From NCBI GenBank assembly GCA_964453345.1, contig CAYVOC010000031.1:1-16352 (forward strand): a DNA stretch of 16,352 nucleotides, written 5' to 3'. Numbering within the stretch: position 1 is the stretch's first letter; each line of letters begins with the position of its first letter. The notes beneath the pieces are model-generated. The model had not been told where the DNA came from, searched no databases, and saw only the letters and a program-made list of their open reading frames with translations. The position numbers and the translations under genes were made by a program. Shown here piece by piece: positions 1-9,251 of the stretch. The stretch is from an uncultured Aquificales bacterium (GTDB taxonomy: Bacteria; Thermosulfidibacterota; Thermosulfidibacteria; Thermosulfidibacterales; Thermosulfidibacteraceae).

Positions 1-4
1 CTTT

Positions 5-727
5 TTATTTTTGCATAACCTTTATTATTCTTCTGCAGAATCCGGTTATTATCTTGGCTTCTCTGCGGCTCAGCTGAATCCTGGATAGAAGCCTCTTTAT
101 GTTTGTCATCCAGAGTTCTGTGTTGTGGTGGGGGACAAAGTTTATAGCCTCGCATGCCCTTCGAATGTAGTCATACATGATCTTCTGGTCTTCGAGGGTT
201 GCAAGTTCAGGGGTGGGTATGCTGGGTTTCAGGGCTTGCTGGTATATCTCATATAAACAGACGGCGACGGAGTGGGACAGGTTAAGGGATGTTGAATTGT
301 GGGTGGGTATGGTGATGGCTTCGTTGCACATGTAAAGTTCCTGATTGGTTAAACCCCACTTTTCGTTTCCGAACAGCAGTCCCACCCTGTTTTTGATGAG
401 CATGGATGCTATTCTGGGTGCCGCCTCTTTCAGGCTGCTGTGAACCTTCCTGTGGTGCCCGAGTCTTGCGGTGGTTCCTATAAGATAGTTGAGTCCCTTT
501 ACAGCATCGCTGAGGTTATCATATACCTTCATCCTCTGAAGAACGGGCAACCCTATTCTCGTTGCGGTTGTCTTCGCCCTTTCCCAGTCAAAGTTTATGG
601 GGTTTACGATTATGAGGTTTTCTACTCCGAAGTTTGCGCATGCCCTTGCCGATGATCCGACATTCTCCGGGATCCTTGGTTCAAGCAGAATGATGTAAAG
701 GTTCTTTAGGGGGGAATCACCAGCCAT
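5..727 (-). CDS. trmJ: TrmJ/LasT-family SPOUT RNA methyltransferase (tRNA 32 2'-O-methyltransferase-like)
   Basis: Motifs IILLEPRIPENVGSSARACANFG, GTTAR, LLFGNEKWGLTNQEL and SLNLSHSVAVCLYE. Start placed at ATG 727; the ORF track extends it to 760. Confidence 0.85.
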   Translation of the reverse strand: MAGDSPLKNLYIILLEPRIPENVGSSARACANFGVENLIIVNPINFDWERAKTTATRIGLPVLQRMKVYDNLSDAVKGLNYLIGTTARLGHHRKVHSSLKEAAPRIASMLIKNRVGLLFGNEKWGLTNQELYMCNEAITIPTHNSTSLNLSHSVAVCLYEIYQQALKPSIPTPELATLEDQKIMYDYIRRACEAINFVPHHNTELWMTNIKRLLSRIQLSRREAKIITGFCRRIIKVMQK

Positions 728-1635
728 ATTCTCTGATACACCTTCTTTTGTTTCCAGCATTTTATCCCCACCCTTTCCCTTTTTGTTGGATTTATATCGA
801 GATCCTTAGGAGTTTTTATGGGCTTCCATCCCTTTGTGGATGTGTATATTTCGCATCTGTCGAAGTCCTTTATGGCATTGTAGCTTATGGGTAGTTCTTC
901 TTTGATGCACAGGGGACGGATTTTTATCTGCGTTTCCAGAAAATTTTCCGATGCCCAGCTTCCAACTGCCGGGATTCTCGGAATGAGGTATGGATTTGTG
1001 CAGTTGGAGACGGTTCCTATGTCCTGGGTGAAGGCGTAGCTGAAGTATTTTTTTACGATTTGAATTATCTGTGGCGTGTATTCACCGTAGGGATAGGAGT
1101 ATATGTTGGGCGTGTATCCGAAGATCTTATGAAAACGCTTTATCGCTTTCCTTATGTCCTCTTCGGAGAAGTTGCTGGCTCTGGGGTGGGAGTAGGAGTG
1201 GATGCCGAGATCCAGAAGGCCGCTTTTCAGCATCTCTTTTATCTGGGTGGATGTTAGAAAGTCCGGGTATTGGTCTATGGCTTCCATGTATAGAAAAAGA
1301 ACGAAGGGAATTTTAAGTTTTTTCAGCACACTGTAGGCCCTTAGGGTGCTTTTGTAGCCGTCATCTATGGTTATTAGGGCAAGTTTCCTTTTGAAGCCGT
1401 ATCTTGTGGCGTGCAGAAATTCTTCCAGAGTTGCAAATTTGAATCCATTACGGGTGAGAATGTTGATATGTTTTTTCAGTTGATCCACGCTGGTGGAGGT
1501 TGATGGATAGCGATTATCGTCAAATCGGTGGTATAACAGTATAACTCCGTAGTTATCGGAGGCTGCATCTGAAGCTGAGGTGCCACTCGGTATCAATATA
1601 GCGAGGATCGATGCGACAATGATCGTAGCTATCAA
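706..1635 (-). CDS. Exported polysaccharide deacetylase (CE4/NodB family)
   Basis: Motifs ILLYHRF, ITIDDGY, HSYSHP and YSYPYGEY, with a hydrophobic N-terminus. Start placed at TTG 1635 (GGGAG 7 nt upstream); the ORF is open to TTG 1704. Confidence 0.85.
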   Translation of the reverse strand: MIATIIVASILAILIPSGTSASDAASDNYGVILLYHRFDDNRYPSTSTSVDQLKKHINILTRNGFKFATLEEFLHATRYGFKRKLALITIDDGYKSTLRAYSVLKKLKIPFVLFLYMEAIDQYPDFLTSTQIKEMLKSGLLDLGIHSYSHPRASNFSEEDIRKAIKRFHKIFGYTPNIYSYPYGEYTPQIIQIVKKYFSYAFTQDIGTVSNCTNPYLIPRIPAVGSWASENFLETQIKIRPLCIKEELPISYNAIKDFDRCEIYTSTKGWKPIKTPKDLDINPTKRERVGIKCWKQKKVYQRIWLVIPP

Positions 1636-2395
1636 GGTGGTTCTCCCTGATGATCTTTTCGAGTCTTCCAATGTATTCTTCCCCGAGAGTGGAGTATTTT
1701 TCAAGGTATTTGACGAGATGCAGGGATTCTGGCTTTCTTTTTCTTGCTAATCTAAATCCTTCGTATGCCCATCCGGTGTTAAGGTTGTAGTAGTAGGAGT
1801 CCACAGCCTCAAGGATACTTGAAAATTTTTTTAGATACACTTCAGCTTTCTTTGCTTTTACCCCCCTTTTGGAAAAGCTCCACTCTCCGAAGAGGTTGTT
1901 CGCTTCGCAAAAGAATCTTGAGCTTCCCCAGCCGCTTTCTATGGCTGCCTGAGCTATGGCAAGTCCTGCCGGGATGGGGGCGATCTTGTAAAGCAACTCT
2001 TCCACCGTTGTTGCCCTGTATTTTCTGGACAGTTCTTTTAGAAATCTTTGCTCCTCTTCGGATAGCCTTTTTCCCGAATCAAGCTTCTTTTTTAGTTTTG
2101 CGATTCGCTCCCTTAGCAGTTCTATTCTGTAGTTCTTAACGAGGATGGAGGGCAAAAGGATGTCTATAAAGATCCGCTTCCTTTTTTTGGCGGGAAGTTT
2201 GGCTAAGCACGGGACTCTGCGATAGATCACAGGTTTTACGGAATTACAATCCACCCTTTCTACTTCTGAGAAGGTGCTCGGTGCCTTTACTATAAGCTTG
2301 AGCCTTTTATACCTTTCGACTTTCAGGCATAGGGCTGCAAAAACGCCGCCCAGGGTGAAGACTAAAACAACAAGGGCTATTTTTCCCTTGCGCAT
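1553..2395 (-). CDS. Bax-like glucosaminidase (GH73) domain protein with N-terminal signal/anchor
   Basis: Motifs IAQAAIESGWGSSRF..EANNLFG, YYYNLNTGWAY and LEKYSTLGEEY, with a hydrophobic N-terminal segment. Confidence 0.85.
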   Translation of the reverse strand: MRKGKIALVVLVFTLGGVFAALCLKVERYKRLKLIVKAPSTFSEVERVDCNSVKPVIYRRVPCLAKLPAKKRKRIFIDILLPSILVKNYRIELLRERIAKLKKKLDSGKRLSEEEQRFLKELSRKYRATTVEELLYKIAPIPAGLAIAQAAIESGWGSSRFFCEANNLFGEWSFSKRGVKAKKAEVYLKKFSSILEAVDSYYYNLNTGWAYEGFRLARKRKPESLHLVKYLEKYSTLGEEYIGRLEKIIRENHLDSYDHCRIDPRYIDTEWHLSFRCSLR

Positions 2396-2655
2396 TCTGA
2401 GGGAAGAAGGGTGAGTCCCACCTTTTCCCTGAGGTATCTGCAGGCCTCCTCTATGTGTTCGAAGATCTCATATACCCCCTCTGAAACCACAGCTATCATG
2501 TCCGGGCGTCCTTCGGGGATAAATATCTTGTATGTTTTGCCGTCCTTCCCCTGAACGCGGACCTCGTGGTGGTGCCAGGGTGCCGGATACAACTTCTGGA
2601 GTTTCTGGAAGAATGCTCTGACGGGTTTTATGTTTTCCAGGTGCAGGTGGCTCAT
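2377..2655 (-). CDS. Hypothetical protein, 92 aa
   Basis: ATG preceded by purine-rich GAAGGGGGTGAAAGG. It fills the gap in a tightly packed operon and has no recognised motif. Confidence 0.65.
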   Translation of the reverse strand: MSHLHLENIKPVRAFFQKLQKLYPAPWHHHEVRVQGKDGKTYKIFIPEGRPDMIAVVSEGVYEIFEHIEEACRYLREKVGLTLLPSECAREK

Positions 2656-2670
2656 CCTTTCACCCCCTTC

Positions 2671-3339
2671 TTAAGGCTGGTTTAGTTTTAACCCCTCTTG
2701 CAGGCGTCTTTCAAGTGCAAACAGGGCCTTTTTTAGGTTCAGTTGCTCTTCCTCCACCCTTGCGTTTTTCGGTATGATTATGGGGTCTCCGAATCCTATC
2801 ACCACCTTTGAGAAGGGCTTGGGAATCATGAGTCTGTCCCAGCTGTTCAGCTCCCACCAGTTTGAGAAGAGGCAGGTTGCCGGCAGTATGGGCTTTTGGG
2901 ATAGCTGGGATAGTATGATGGCGCCGGGAGATACGGAATAGATGGGGCCCCTGGGGCCATCCGGGATTATGGCAACTATGCGGCCCTCTTTGAGCAGCCT
3001 GAGGGCCGATCTTGCTCCCGCTACAGGTTTCTTGTTGCTTGAGCCTTCAACAGGATGGTATCCGAATTTTTTTAGTATGGATGCAACGAGCCTGCCGTCT
3101 CTGCTGGGACTTACCATGGCGGCAATTCCCTGGTTCCTTTTGGCCCATATAAGGGGTATCATCCTGTTGTGCCAGAAGACGCATATGAATCCGCCGTGCT
3201 CTTTTCGCAGTTTGTCTATTACGGCGTCGTTTACGATTGTTATTTCAACGGTTCTCAGGAGCAGTGAGGCTGCAGGTGGTATAAGCAACTCTCCGAGTTT
3301 GGTGAGGAGGCTTTTCAGTTCAAGGTTTGCAGCTGGCAT
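2671..3339 (-). CDS. DUF374 lysophospholipid-acyltransferase family protein (LpxJ-like lipid A secondary acyltransferase candidate)
   Basis: Motifs [27 protein letters not shown] and [14 protein letters not shown]. Adjacent to msbA and lpxB. Confidence 0.8.
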   Translation of the reverse strand: MPAANLELKSLLTKLGELLIPPAASLLLRTVEITIVNDAVIDKLRKEHGGFICVFWHNRMIPLIWAKRNQGIAAMVSPSRDGRLVASILKKFGYHPVEGSSNKKPVAGARSALRLLKEGRIVAIIPDGPRGPIYSVSPGAIILSQLSQKPILPATCLFSNWWELNSWDRLMIPKPFSKVVIGFGDPIIIPKNARVEEEQLNLKKALFALERRLQEGLKLNQP

Positions 3340-5048
3340 AGTTTTGTGTAGTAACCTCCCTTCTCTATGAGTTCCCTGTGGGTTCCCTCTTCAACTATCC
3401 TTCCCTTTTCCATAACGTAGATTTTATCTGCGTCTATGACGGTGGCAAGCCTGTGGGCTATGGTTATGACGGTTTTGCCCTTCATCAGTTTGAAGAGCGC
3501 ATCCTTGACCAGCATTTCGCTTTCTGCATCAAGGGCGGATGTGGCTTCGTCAAGTATCAGTATGGGTGCGTTCTTTAAAAAGGCTCTGGCGATTGATATG
3601 CGCTGCTTTTGCCCGCCGGATAGCCTCACCCCCCTGTCTCCCACCACCGTTTCGTATCCCTCCGGTAGCTGTTCTATGAACTCATGGGCGTGGGCGAGTT
3701 TCGCCGCCTCTATAACTTCTTCACGTGAGGCGTCCGGCCTGCCGTAGAGGATGTTGTTGAATACGGTGTCGTTGAAGAGAATAACATCCTGACTCACCAC
3801 ACTTATGAGCCTTCTCAGGGATGAGAGTTTTATCTTTCTTATGTCTATGCCGTCTATGTAGATGGCCCCTTTGGTTACATCGTATAGCCTTGGTAGAAGA
3901 TCGATCAGGGTGCTTTTCCCTGATCCGCTGGGTCCCACAATGGCTACCCTTTCTCCCTTGCTTATTCTCAGGTTTATCCCCTTAAGGACCCACTCATCCT
4001 CCGGGGCGTCGGGATACCTGAACCAGACGTTGTCGTAGACAATGTCTCTTTTAAAGTCGTCTATCTCAACCGCATCGGGAGAGTCTTTTATGTCTTCTTC
4101 CATGTCGAGAAACTGGTATATGCGTTCTGCTGCCGCTATGGCTGCGTTTATATCTGCGTTCACCTTGGATATTTTGGTTACAGGATCATACATCATCATC
4201 AGGGCTGCCATGAAGGAGAAGAAATCTCCCGTTGTCATGGCACCGTTCACGACCCTGTGGCCTCCAATGAGGATGATGATGGCTGCAGCGATGGATCCCA
4301 GAAGTTCAATTAGAGGGGCGTTCAGCTCTTTGATCACAACTCCCTTCATGTTCAGCTTCAGAAGCTTTTGCATCTCCCTGGAGAATCTTTCCACCTCTCT
4401 TTCTTCGGCGTTGAAGGTTTTTATCACCTTCGCCCCGTCGAACCCCTCTATGAGTATGGCGGATATGTCCGCCATCTTTTTCTGCTGTCTTTTGGAGATC
4501 TTTTTCATCTTCCTGCCGATGTGGTAAATTATTGCTCCCATTATCGGTAAAAGCATGAGGGTCACTGTTGCGAGCTGCCAGTCCCTTTTGAACAGCACAA
4601 AGCAGAGGGCTATCACCGTCAGAATTTGTCTTATGAGGTTTCTTATGAGGGATACGTTTGCCTTCTGTATTACGCCCACATCGTTTATAACCCTTGATAC
4701 AAGCTCTCCGGTTTTTGCCGACTTTAGAAAAGCGTAGCTCATGTTCTGTAATTTTTTGTATAAATCTATGCGGATCTGCATTATCATGAGCTGGCTTATG
4801 TATTTCATGATGTAGTTCTGGGCGAATCTTGCTATTCCCTTGATCAGGTAGAGGCCCACTATGGCTGGAGGTAAAATCTTCAGCATCTGCTGGTTCTTTT
4901 CTATGAAGATCTTGTCCATGACGGGTTTTACCAGCCATGCGGTAGCACCGTGGGTTGCTGCAACTATTGCCGCGCAGATGAGGGCTAAAAGAGCCAGGAA
5001 CCAGTGCGGAAGCAGGTATTCTCTAAGTAGTCTTAGATAGAGTTTCAT
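3315..5048 (-). CDS. msbA: Lipid A export ABC transporter ATP-binding/permease MsbA
   Basis: Transmembrane domain plus NBD with Walker A GPSGSGKS, signature LSGGQKQR and Walker [13 protein letters not shown]. Directly downstream of lpxB. Confidence 0.88.
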   Translation of the reverse strand: MKLYLRLLREYLLPHWFLALLALICAAIVAATHGATAWLVKPVMDKIFIEKNQQMLKILPPAIVGLYLIKGIARFAQNYIMKYISQLMIMQIRIDLYKKLQNMSYAFLKSAKTGELVSRVINDVGVIQKANVSLIRNLIRQILTVIALCFVLFKRDWQLATVTLMLLPIMGAIIYHIGRKMKKISKRQQKKMADISAILIEGFDGAKVIKTFNAEEREVERFSREMQKLLKLNMKGVVIKELNAPLIELLGSIAAAIIILIGGHRVVNGAMTTGDFFSFMAALMMMYDPVTKISKVNADINAAIAAAERIYQFLDMEEDIKDSPDAVEIDDFKRDIVYDNVWFRYPDAPEDEWVLKGINLRISKGERVAIVGPSGSGKSTLIDLLPRLYDVTKGAIYIDGIDIRKIKLSSLRRLISVVSQDVILFNDTVFNNILYGRPDASREEVIEAAKLAHAHEFIEQLPEGYETVVGDRGVRLSGGQKQRISIARAFLKNAPILILDEATSALDAESEMLVKDALFKLMKGKTVITIAHRLATVIDADKIYVMEKGRIVEEGTHRELIEKGGYYTKLCQLQTLN

Positions 5049-6090
5049 GGAAGAACTCCGCTGCTCGTTTATAGGGGCTTATTCCCTTCAGCCTTTTTGT
5101 TATTTCTTCGGTGATGGCTTTTATTCTTTCGGCGTGCACAGGATCAAGAAGGGACAGCAGCCTTTTCTCAATACGCTGGGGGGTGCACTCTTCCTGCAGG
5201 CATTCTGGAAACACCTCTCTTCCGGCAAGTATGTTTACTATGCTTATGAAATTCACCTTCACAAGCCTTCTGCCTATGTGCCAGGATATGGGTGAGGTTT
5301 TGTATACCACAACTGTTGGTATGCCGAGTATTGCCAGTTCCAGGGTGGCTGTTCCCGAGGCTGCTATGGCGGCTGAGCTTTGGGCCATGTATCTGTATCT
5401 CTCCTCAAAGGGAACAATTTTTGCCCAAGGGGGGATCTTTCCGTATAATCTGTTTGGAATGTGTGGGGCTTTCACTATGATGGCGGGCAGTCCGATCTTT
5501 TCTACCGCTTTGAGCATTACGGGAAGCAGCTTTGAGACTTCACTTTCCCGTGATCCTGGAAGCAGGGCTATGTGCGCTGCTTTGGGGAAGTTTTTGAAGG
5601 GGCTTAGCCTTTCCACAAGGGGGTGTCCGAAAAATTTTGCATTCACGCTGTGGGCGCGGAAAAAATCCTCTTCAAAGGGAAAGAGACAGACAAGGGCGTC
5701 AACGCTCTTTTTCAGCCTGTTTATCCTCCGTTCTCCCCAGGCCCACAGCTGGGGAGCCACATAGTAGCATACGGGTTTGTGAAGCTTCTTCATGTGGGAT
5801 GCAAGCCTCAGGTTCATCCCGGGATAGTCGATGAGGATGGCTCCGTCGCACTCCTCTCCGATTCTCTTGAGCTTCCGGTAGGCTTTGAGTATGCGGATGA
5901 TCTTGCGGGGTTCTTCCATTCCGACGAAGGAGAGATCCCCTGCAGGGATCTCCACTTGCATCTCCCTTGAGAGCCACAGGGAACCTGCCCCTATAAAGCT
6001 GTATTCTCCCAGTCCCTTCAGCTCCTTAATCAGGTGCAGGGCGTGAAGGGACCCCGATTCCTCTGCCGCAACCAGAAGTATGCGCTTCAT
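5023..6090 (-). CDS. lpxB: Lipid A disaccharide synthase
   Basis: Motifs [41 protein letters not shown] and ASGTATLE. Confidence 0.95.
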   Translation of the reverse strand: MKRILLVAAEESGSLHALHLIKELKGLGEYSFIGAGSLWLSREMQVEIPAGDLSFVGMEEPRKIIRILKAYRKLKRIGEECDGAILIDYPGMNLRLASHMKKLHKPVCYYVAPQLWAWGERRINRLKKSVDALVCLFPFEEDFFRAHSVNAKFFGHPLVERLSPFKNFPKAAHIALLPGSRESEVSKLLPVMLKAVEKIGLPAIIVKAPHIPNRLYGKIPPWAKIVPFEERYRYMAQSSAAIAASGTATLELAILGIPTVVVYKTSPISWHIGRRLVKVNFISIVNILAGREVFPECLQEECTPQRIEKRLLSLLDPVHAERIKAITEEITKRLKGISPYKRAAEFFHETLSKTT

Positions 6091-6176
6091 TCTGGTTCGA
6101 CAAGAGTTCTAAGGACTTGCTTCTTATCATCGGCATGCGAGAGAAAGAAGTTCAAAACTCCACCTCTCGCCTCCAT
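6087..6176 (-). CDS. Putative 29-aa small [32 protein letters not shown]
   Basis: AGGAGG Shine-Dalgarno 6 nt before ATG 6176. Its TGA overlaps the lpxB ATG (ATGA). It is below the ORF track size cutoff. Confidence 0.5.
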   Translation of the reverse strand: MEARGGVLNFFLSHADDKKQVLRTLVEPE

Positions 6177-6186
6177 TTATTTCCTC

Positions 6187-6450
6187 CTATTTGTAAATTT
6201 CTTTTCTATGCCCGATTCTCAATATCAGAATGGTCCTGGACTCGGTATCTATATCGCATATCAGCCTATAATTCCCCATCCTAAAACGCCATAGTGGGGC
6301 CCAAGGCCCTTTTAAAGGTTTAGCAAGTTTCAAAGGGTCTGGATGATCTTTTAGTCTATCAATGAATCTTGCTATTCTGTTAAGAGTCTTGGAGTCTAAA
6401 GATTTAAGGTCTTTTACTGCGCTATCCGAGATTTTTATAGTCCAGCTCAA
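6187..6450 (-). CDS. Type II toxin, RelE/StbE family mRNA interferase
   Basis: Motifs WTIKISDSAVKDLKSLD, KPLKG, WRFRMGNYRLI and ILRIGHRKEIY. The TTG start overlaps the antitoxin stop. Confidence 0.92.
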   Translation of the reverse strand: MSWTIKISDSAVKDLKSLDSKTLNRIARFIDRLKDHPDPLKLAKPLKGPWAPLWRFRMGNYRLICDIDTESRTILILRIGHRKEIYK

Positions 6451-6683
6451 TCTCCAATTCCCAGCTCTTCTTTTACTTTTTCCCAGTCGTGAACTTTCTC
6501 TTCTCCCTTTTCGATCTTGCTGAGTATCTCTATTCCCGTATAGTAATCTTCAAGTTCGGCTATGTATCTTTCTAAAGCTTCTGTTATAAAGGAAGAAATG
6601 GTCCTGTGGGTTTGATTTGCAAGTTTTTTTACCTTCTCCTCAAGTTCCCAGGGTAATTCTATAACTATTTGCCTTGACTCCAT
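6447..6683 (-). CDS. Type II antitoxin with ribbon-helix-helix N-terminus (RelB/CopG-like)
   Basis: RHH-like pattern IVIELPWELEEKVKKLANQTHRTISSFITEALERYI and acidic C-terminus ELEDYY...DWEKVKEELG. GGGAGG RBS; lies immediately upstream of the toxin. Confidence 0.88.
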   Translation of the reverse strand: MESRQIVIELPWELEEKVKKLANQTHRTISSFITEALERYIAELEDYYTGIEILSKIEKGEEKVHDWEKVKEELGIGD

Positions 6684-6702
6684 ATCTTCCTCCCTTGATT
6701 AT

Positions 6703-7659
6703 TTAAACTATCCTATTCCTCTTTTCTCCCTTCAGGAAGGCTTCTATGTTTCTGGCTATCTCTTCCACAAGCAGTTTTCTGGCCTCCTTTGAGGCCCAGG
6801 CTATATGAGGAGTTATCAGCAGCCTTTCCTTTTCCCTGATTTTGAGTAGCGGGTTATCCCTTTCTATAGGCTCCTTTTCGAGCACGTCCAGTCCCGCAGC
6901 AAAGATTATTTTTTCATCAAGGGCCCTGGCGAGATCCCCTTCTATAACTATCCCGCCCCTGCCCAAATTGAGGAGTATGGAGGTTGGCTTCATCAAGCAG
7001 AGTTGTTCGTATCCTATAAGCCCCCTGGTTTTTTCGTTCAAAGGCGCGTGTATGGAGACTATATCGGATTCCCTCAACAGCTCTTCCAGGCTTACTTTCG
7101 GATAGGGTTCGTCCCTTTCGATTCCGGAGGTTGAGTAGTATATGACCCTGCATCCGAAGGCTGTTGCCACTCTTGCCACCTCTCTGCCGATGGTTCCCAG
7201 TCCTATTATCCCCCAGGTTTTGCCCTTTATTTCCCAGAAGGGTGCGTCCAGATGGGTAAATATGGGGCTTTGGCAGTAGGCGCCGTTTTTCACATAGTCG
7301 TCGTAGTATCTCAGCCTTCTCAACAGATAGAAGAGCATGGCGAAGGTGTGTTCCACAACACTCTGGGTGGAGTAGCCTGCCACGTTGCATACCGCTATGC
7401 CTCTTCTTTTGGCCGCTTCTATGTCTATGTTGTTGTATCCTGTGGCAGCCACACATATAAGCCTGAGTTTCGGTGCCATGCCCATCGCCTCTTCGTCTAT
7501 AACCACCTTGTTGGTCACGATTATCTCTGCGTCTTTTATCCTTGCCCCGAGCTCTTTTCGGGATGTGGTGGGATAGACTGCAAGTTCTCCAAGCTCCTGG
7601 ATGGGGTGAAGGTCTATGTCCTCCCCCAGGGTTGCGGCATCCAGTATGGCGATTCTCAT
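6703..7659 (-). CDS. D-isomer-specific 2-hydroxyacid dehydrogenase (glycerate/hydroxypyruvate reductase-like)
   Basis: Motifs ATGYNNID, GIIGLGTIG, SIHAPL, LNLGRGG, LDVLEKEP and ITPHIAW. ATG 7659 overlaps the lpxI TGA. Confidence 0.93.
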   Translation of the reverse strand: MRIAILDAATLGEDIDLHPIQELGELAVYPTTSRKELGARIKDAEIIVTNKVVIDEEAMGMAPKLRLICVAATGYNNIDIEAAKRRGIAVCNVAGYSTQSVVEHTFAMLFYLLRRLRYYDDYVKNGAYCQSPIFTHLDAPFWEIKGKTWGIIGLGTIGREVARVATAFGCRVIYYSTSGIERDEPYPKVSLEELLRESDIVSIHAPLNEKTRGLIGYEQLCLMKPTSILLNLGRGGIVIEGDLARALDEKIIFAAGLDVLEKEPIERDNPLLKIREKERLLITPHIAWASKEARKLLVEEIARNIEAFLKGEKRNRIV

Positions 7660-8444
7660 TTTTCCCACCCCTTTAGAAGATTTTCATCAACGCCGACGAT
7701 TGTTATACCGCATTTTCTGGCTATTTCTGTTGCTCTGGGATCGAGAACAGTTTCCTTCGCCTCAAAGGCGATGGCCGATACCTTTGCCTTTGCGGCCACA
7801 TGGATGGTTCTCTCACCTATCACAGGCAGATCCATCAGGGTCTTCTGGGTGGGTCTTTTTACCTTGACCACCACGGTCTTTTCCGCGAATCTTCCGGCCC
7901 TTTCTATGGTTTCATCCGTTCCTTCCATGGCTTCTATGGCTATCACGGTTCTCTTTTTAACAACCACTGTCTGGCCTATCTGGAAGGTTCCCATTGCCTT
8001 TGCTACCCTGAAGCCGAAGGCTATGTCCTCTTTTATATCTTCGGTAAGTTTGCCGGTGATGAGTCCGGGGCCGGGTATGTAGCGGGATAGCATGCTTTTT
8101 TGATCGATCACCTCTATCCCTTCCCCCTCTAAGACCTCTATCACCTTGGCCATGATCTCGTCGTCTTTGAAACTTCTTATTTTCGTCAGAAGCCTCACCG
8201 CTGTTAAATCCAGTTTGTATCCCTTGAAGAGGCCCTTCTTTTCCACCTTGCCGAAGAAGGCCACCTTGGTGATGCCCTCTTTTTTCAGGGTCTTCAGGAT
8301 CCTTCCCACCTCTCCGGGTGAGAACCTGTAGTGGAAGGGGTATTCTGGCTGATCGGACACTGATATAACCAGAGGGTTTCCAAGGGCCTCAATCGCCAGT
8401 TTGACTATGGGACCCTTGCCGGCTATAAGTGCGACTTTTCCCAT
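7656..8444 (-). CDS. lpxI: UDP-2,3-diacylglucosamine diphosphatase LpxI (DUF1009)
   Basis: Motifs ALIAGKG, IGQTVVV, AIEAMEGTDETIERAG, VKVKRPTQ and DLPVIGERT. Lipid A gene context. Confidence 0.92.
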   Translation of the reverse strand: MGKVALIAGKGPIVKLAIEALGNPLVISVSDQPEYPFHYRFSPGEVGRILKTLKKEGITKVAFFGKVEKKGLFKGYKLDLTAVRLLTKIRSFKDDEIMAKVIEVLEGEGIEVIDQKSMLSRYIPGPGLITGKLTEDIKEDIAFGFRVAKAMGTFQIGQTVVVKKRTVIAIEAMEGTDETIERAGRFAEKTVVVKVKRPTQKTLMDLPVIGERTIHVAAKAKVSAIAFEAKETVLDPRATEIARKCGITIVGVDENLLKGWEK

Positions 8445-9142
8445 TAATCAAAGAGCCAGACCTTGGAGTCCACAAGCATCCAGCCTTCCCGACCCCTTAC
8501 AAAGTCTGCCTCTATCTTTTTCACCTCTTTGAACTGGAGGGCAAAGGCGAAGATTCCGGCGAACTCCTCCTCCAGCCCTATGGAGTCCATGTCGTTTTTG
8601 TCTTTGACTTGGATCTCCTTCTCTTCGCTATTTTTGCCTATGATCTTTTTCCACCAGACCTTGAAGGGCAGGGATTTCTTTTCCCTCTCTATCTTTATCC
8701 AGCACTTGTCGTCTCCCGGAACGTATTCCTGAACAACTATACCGGTCAGGGAGACCCAGGGCATGTGGGTTGCGATCTCACCGAGTATTTGAGGGTAGGC
8801 CTCCTCCACCTGGGATTTTTCCGTTATGAGAACCACACCTCCTATGTCTCCCCTGTGGACAGCCTTGGAGGTTTCCGATTTGACGATCACGGGAAGCCCC
8901 ATTTCGTCAATGACGCTGTATATGTCCCGTTTGCTCAGAACCACTCTGTATTCGGCCACGGGGACGCCGTAGTAGTCAAAGAGCTCCATGGATTCGGTGG
9001 TCATTTCGGTTCTGGCCTGTTTCCTTAGCTTTTCTAATAGCTTCTTGGCCTTCTTCTTTCCCACCAGGAAGCGTTCTTCCCATTCTTCCCTTTTGAAGAT
9101 GCTTTTGAACCTTTCTATGGCTTCTTCTATCCTTTCCTTCAT
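8444..9142 (-). CDS. Stand-alone ATP-grasp protein resembling the ADP-forming acyl-CoA synthetase beta subunit/domain (divergent)
   Basis: Motifs ESMELFDYYGVPV, PVIVKS, HRGDIGGV and GIVVQEYVPG. Start at ATG 9142 with a GGGAGG RBS. Confidence 0.7.
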   Translation of the reverse strand: MKERIEEAIERFKSIFKREEWEERFLVGKKKAKKLLEKLRKQARTEMTTESMELFDYYGVPVAEYRVVLSKRDIYSVIDEMGLPVIVKSETSKAVHRGDIGGVVLITEKSQVEEAYPQILGEIATHMPWVSLTGIVVQEYVPGDDKCWIKIEREKKSLPFKVWWKKIIGKNSEEKEIQVKDKNDMDSIGLEEEFAGIFAFALQFKEVKKIEADFVRGREGWMLVDSKVWLFD

Positions 9143-9164
9143 GAGCGCACCTCCCGTGCACGAT

Positions 9165-9193
9165 AGATTACCATTACCAGGTTGGTTGGGCAA
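9165..9193 (-). promoter_or_regulatory. Putative sigma70 promoter for the ATP-grasp/lpxI operon
   Basis: TTGCCC-17 bp-TAATCT with a TG extended -10 element, ending 22 nt before ATG 9142. Confidence 0.5.
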
Positions 9194-9217
9194 TAAACCG
9201 AGGGTGGGGGAAGGGGG

Positions 9218-9239
9218 GTGGGGAGGGGAACCTCCCCAC
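9218..9239 (-). terminator. GC-rich stem-loop after glnA (terminator or mRNA-stabilising hairpin, no U-tract)
   Basis: Perfect 9-bp inverted repeat GTGGGGAGG-N4-CCTCCCCAC, 12 nt past the glnA stop. Confidence 0.5.
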
Positions 9240-9251
9240 TAACTATTACGT

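Noticed and set aside
9145-9161. Small hairpin GUGCAC-GGGAG-GUGCGC around the RBS of the ATP-grasp gene
   Set aside because: Only 6 bp with a G-U pair and the SD mostly in the loop, too weak to call regulatory.
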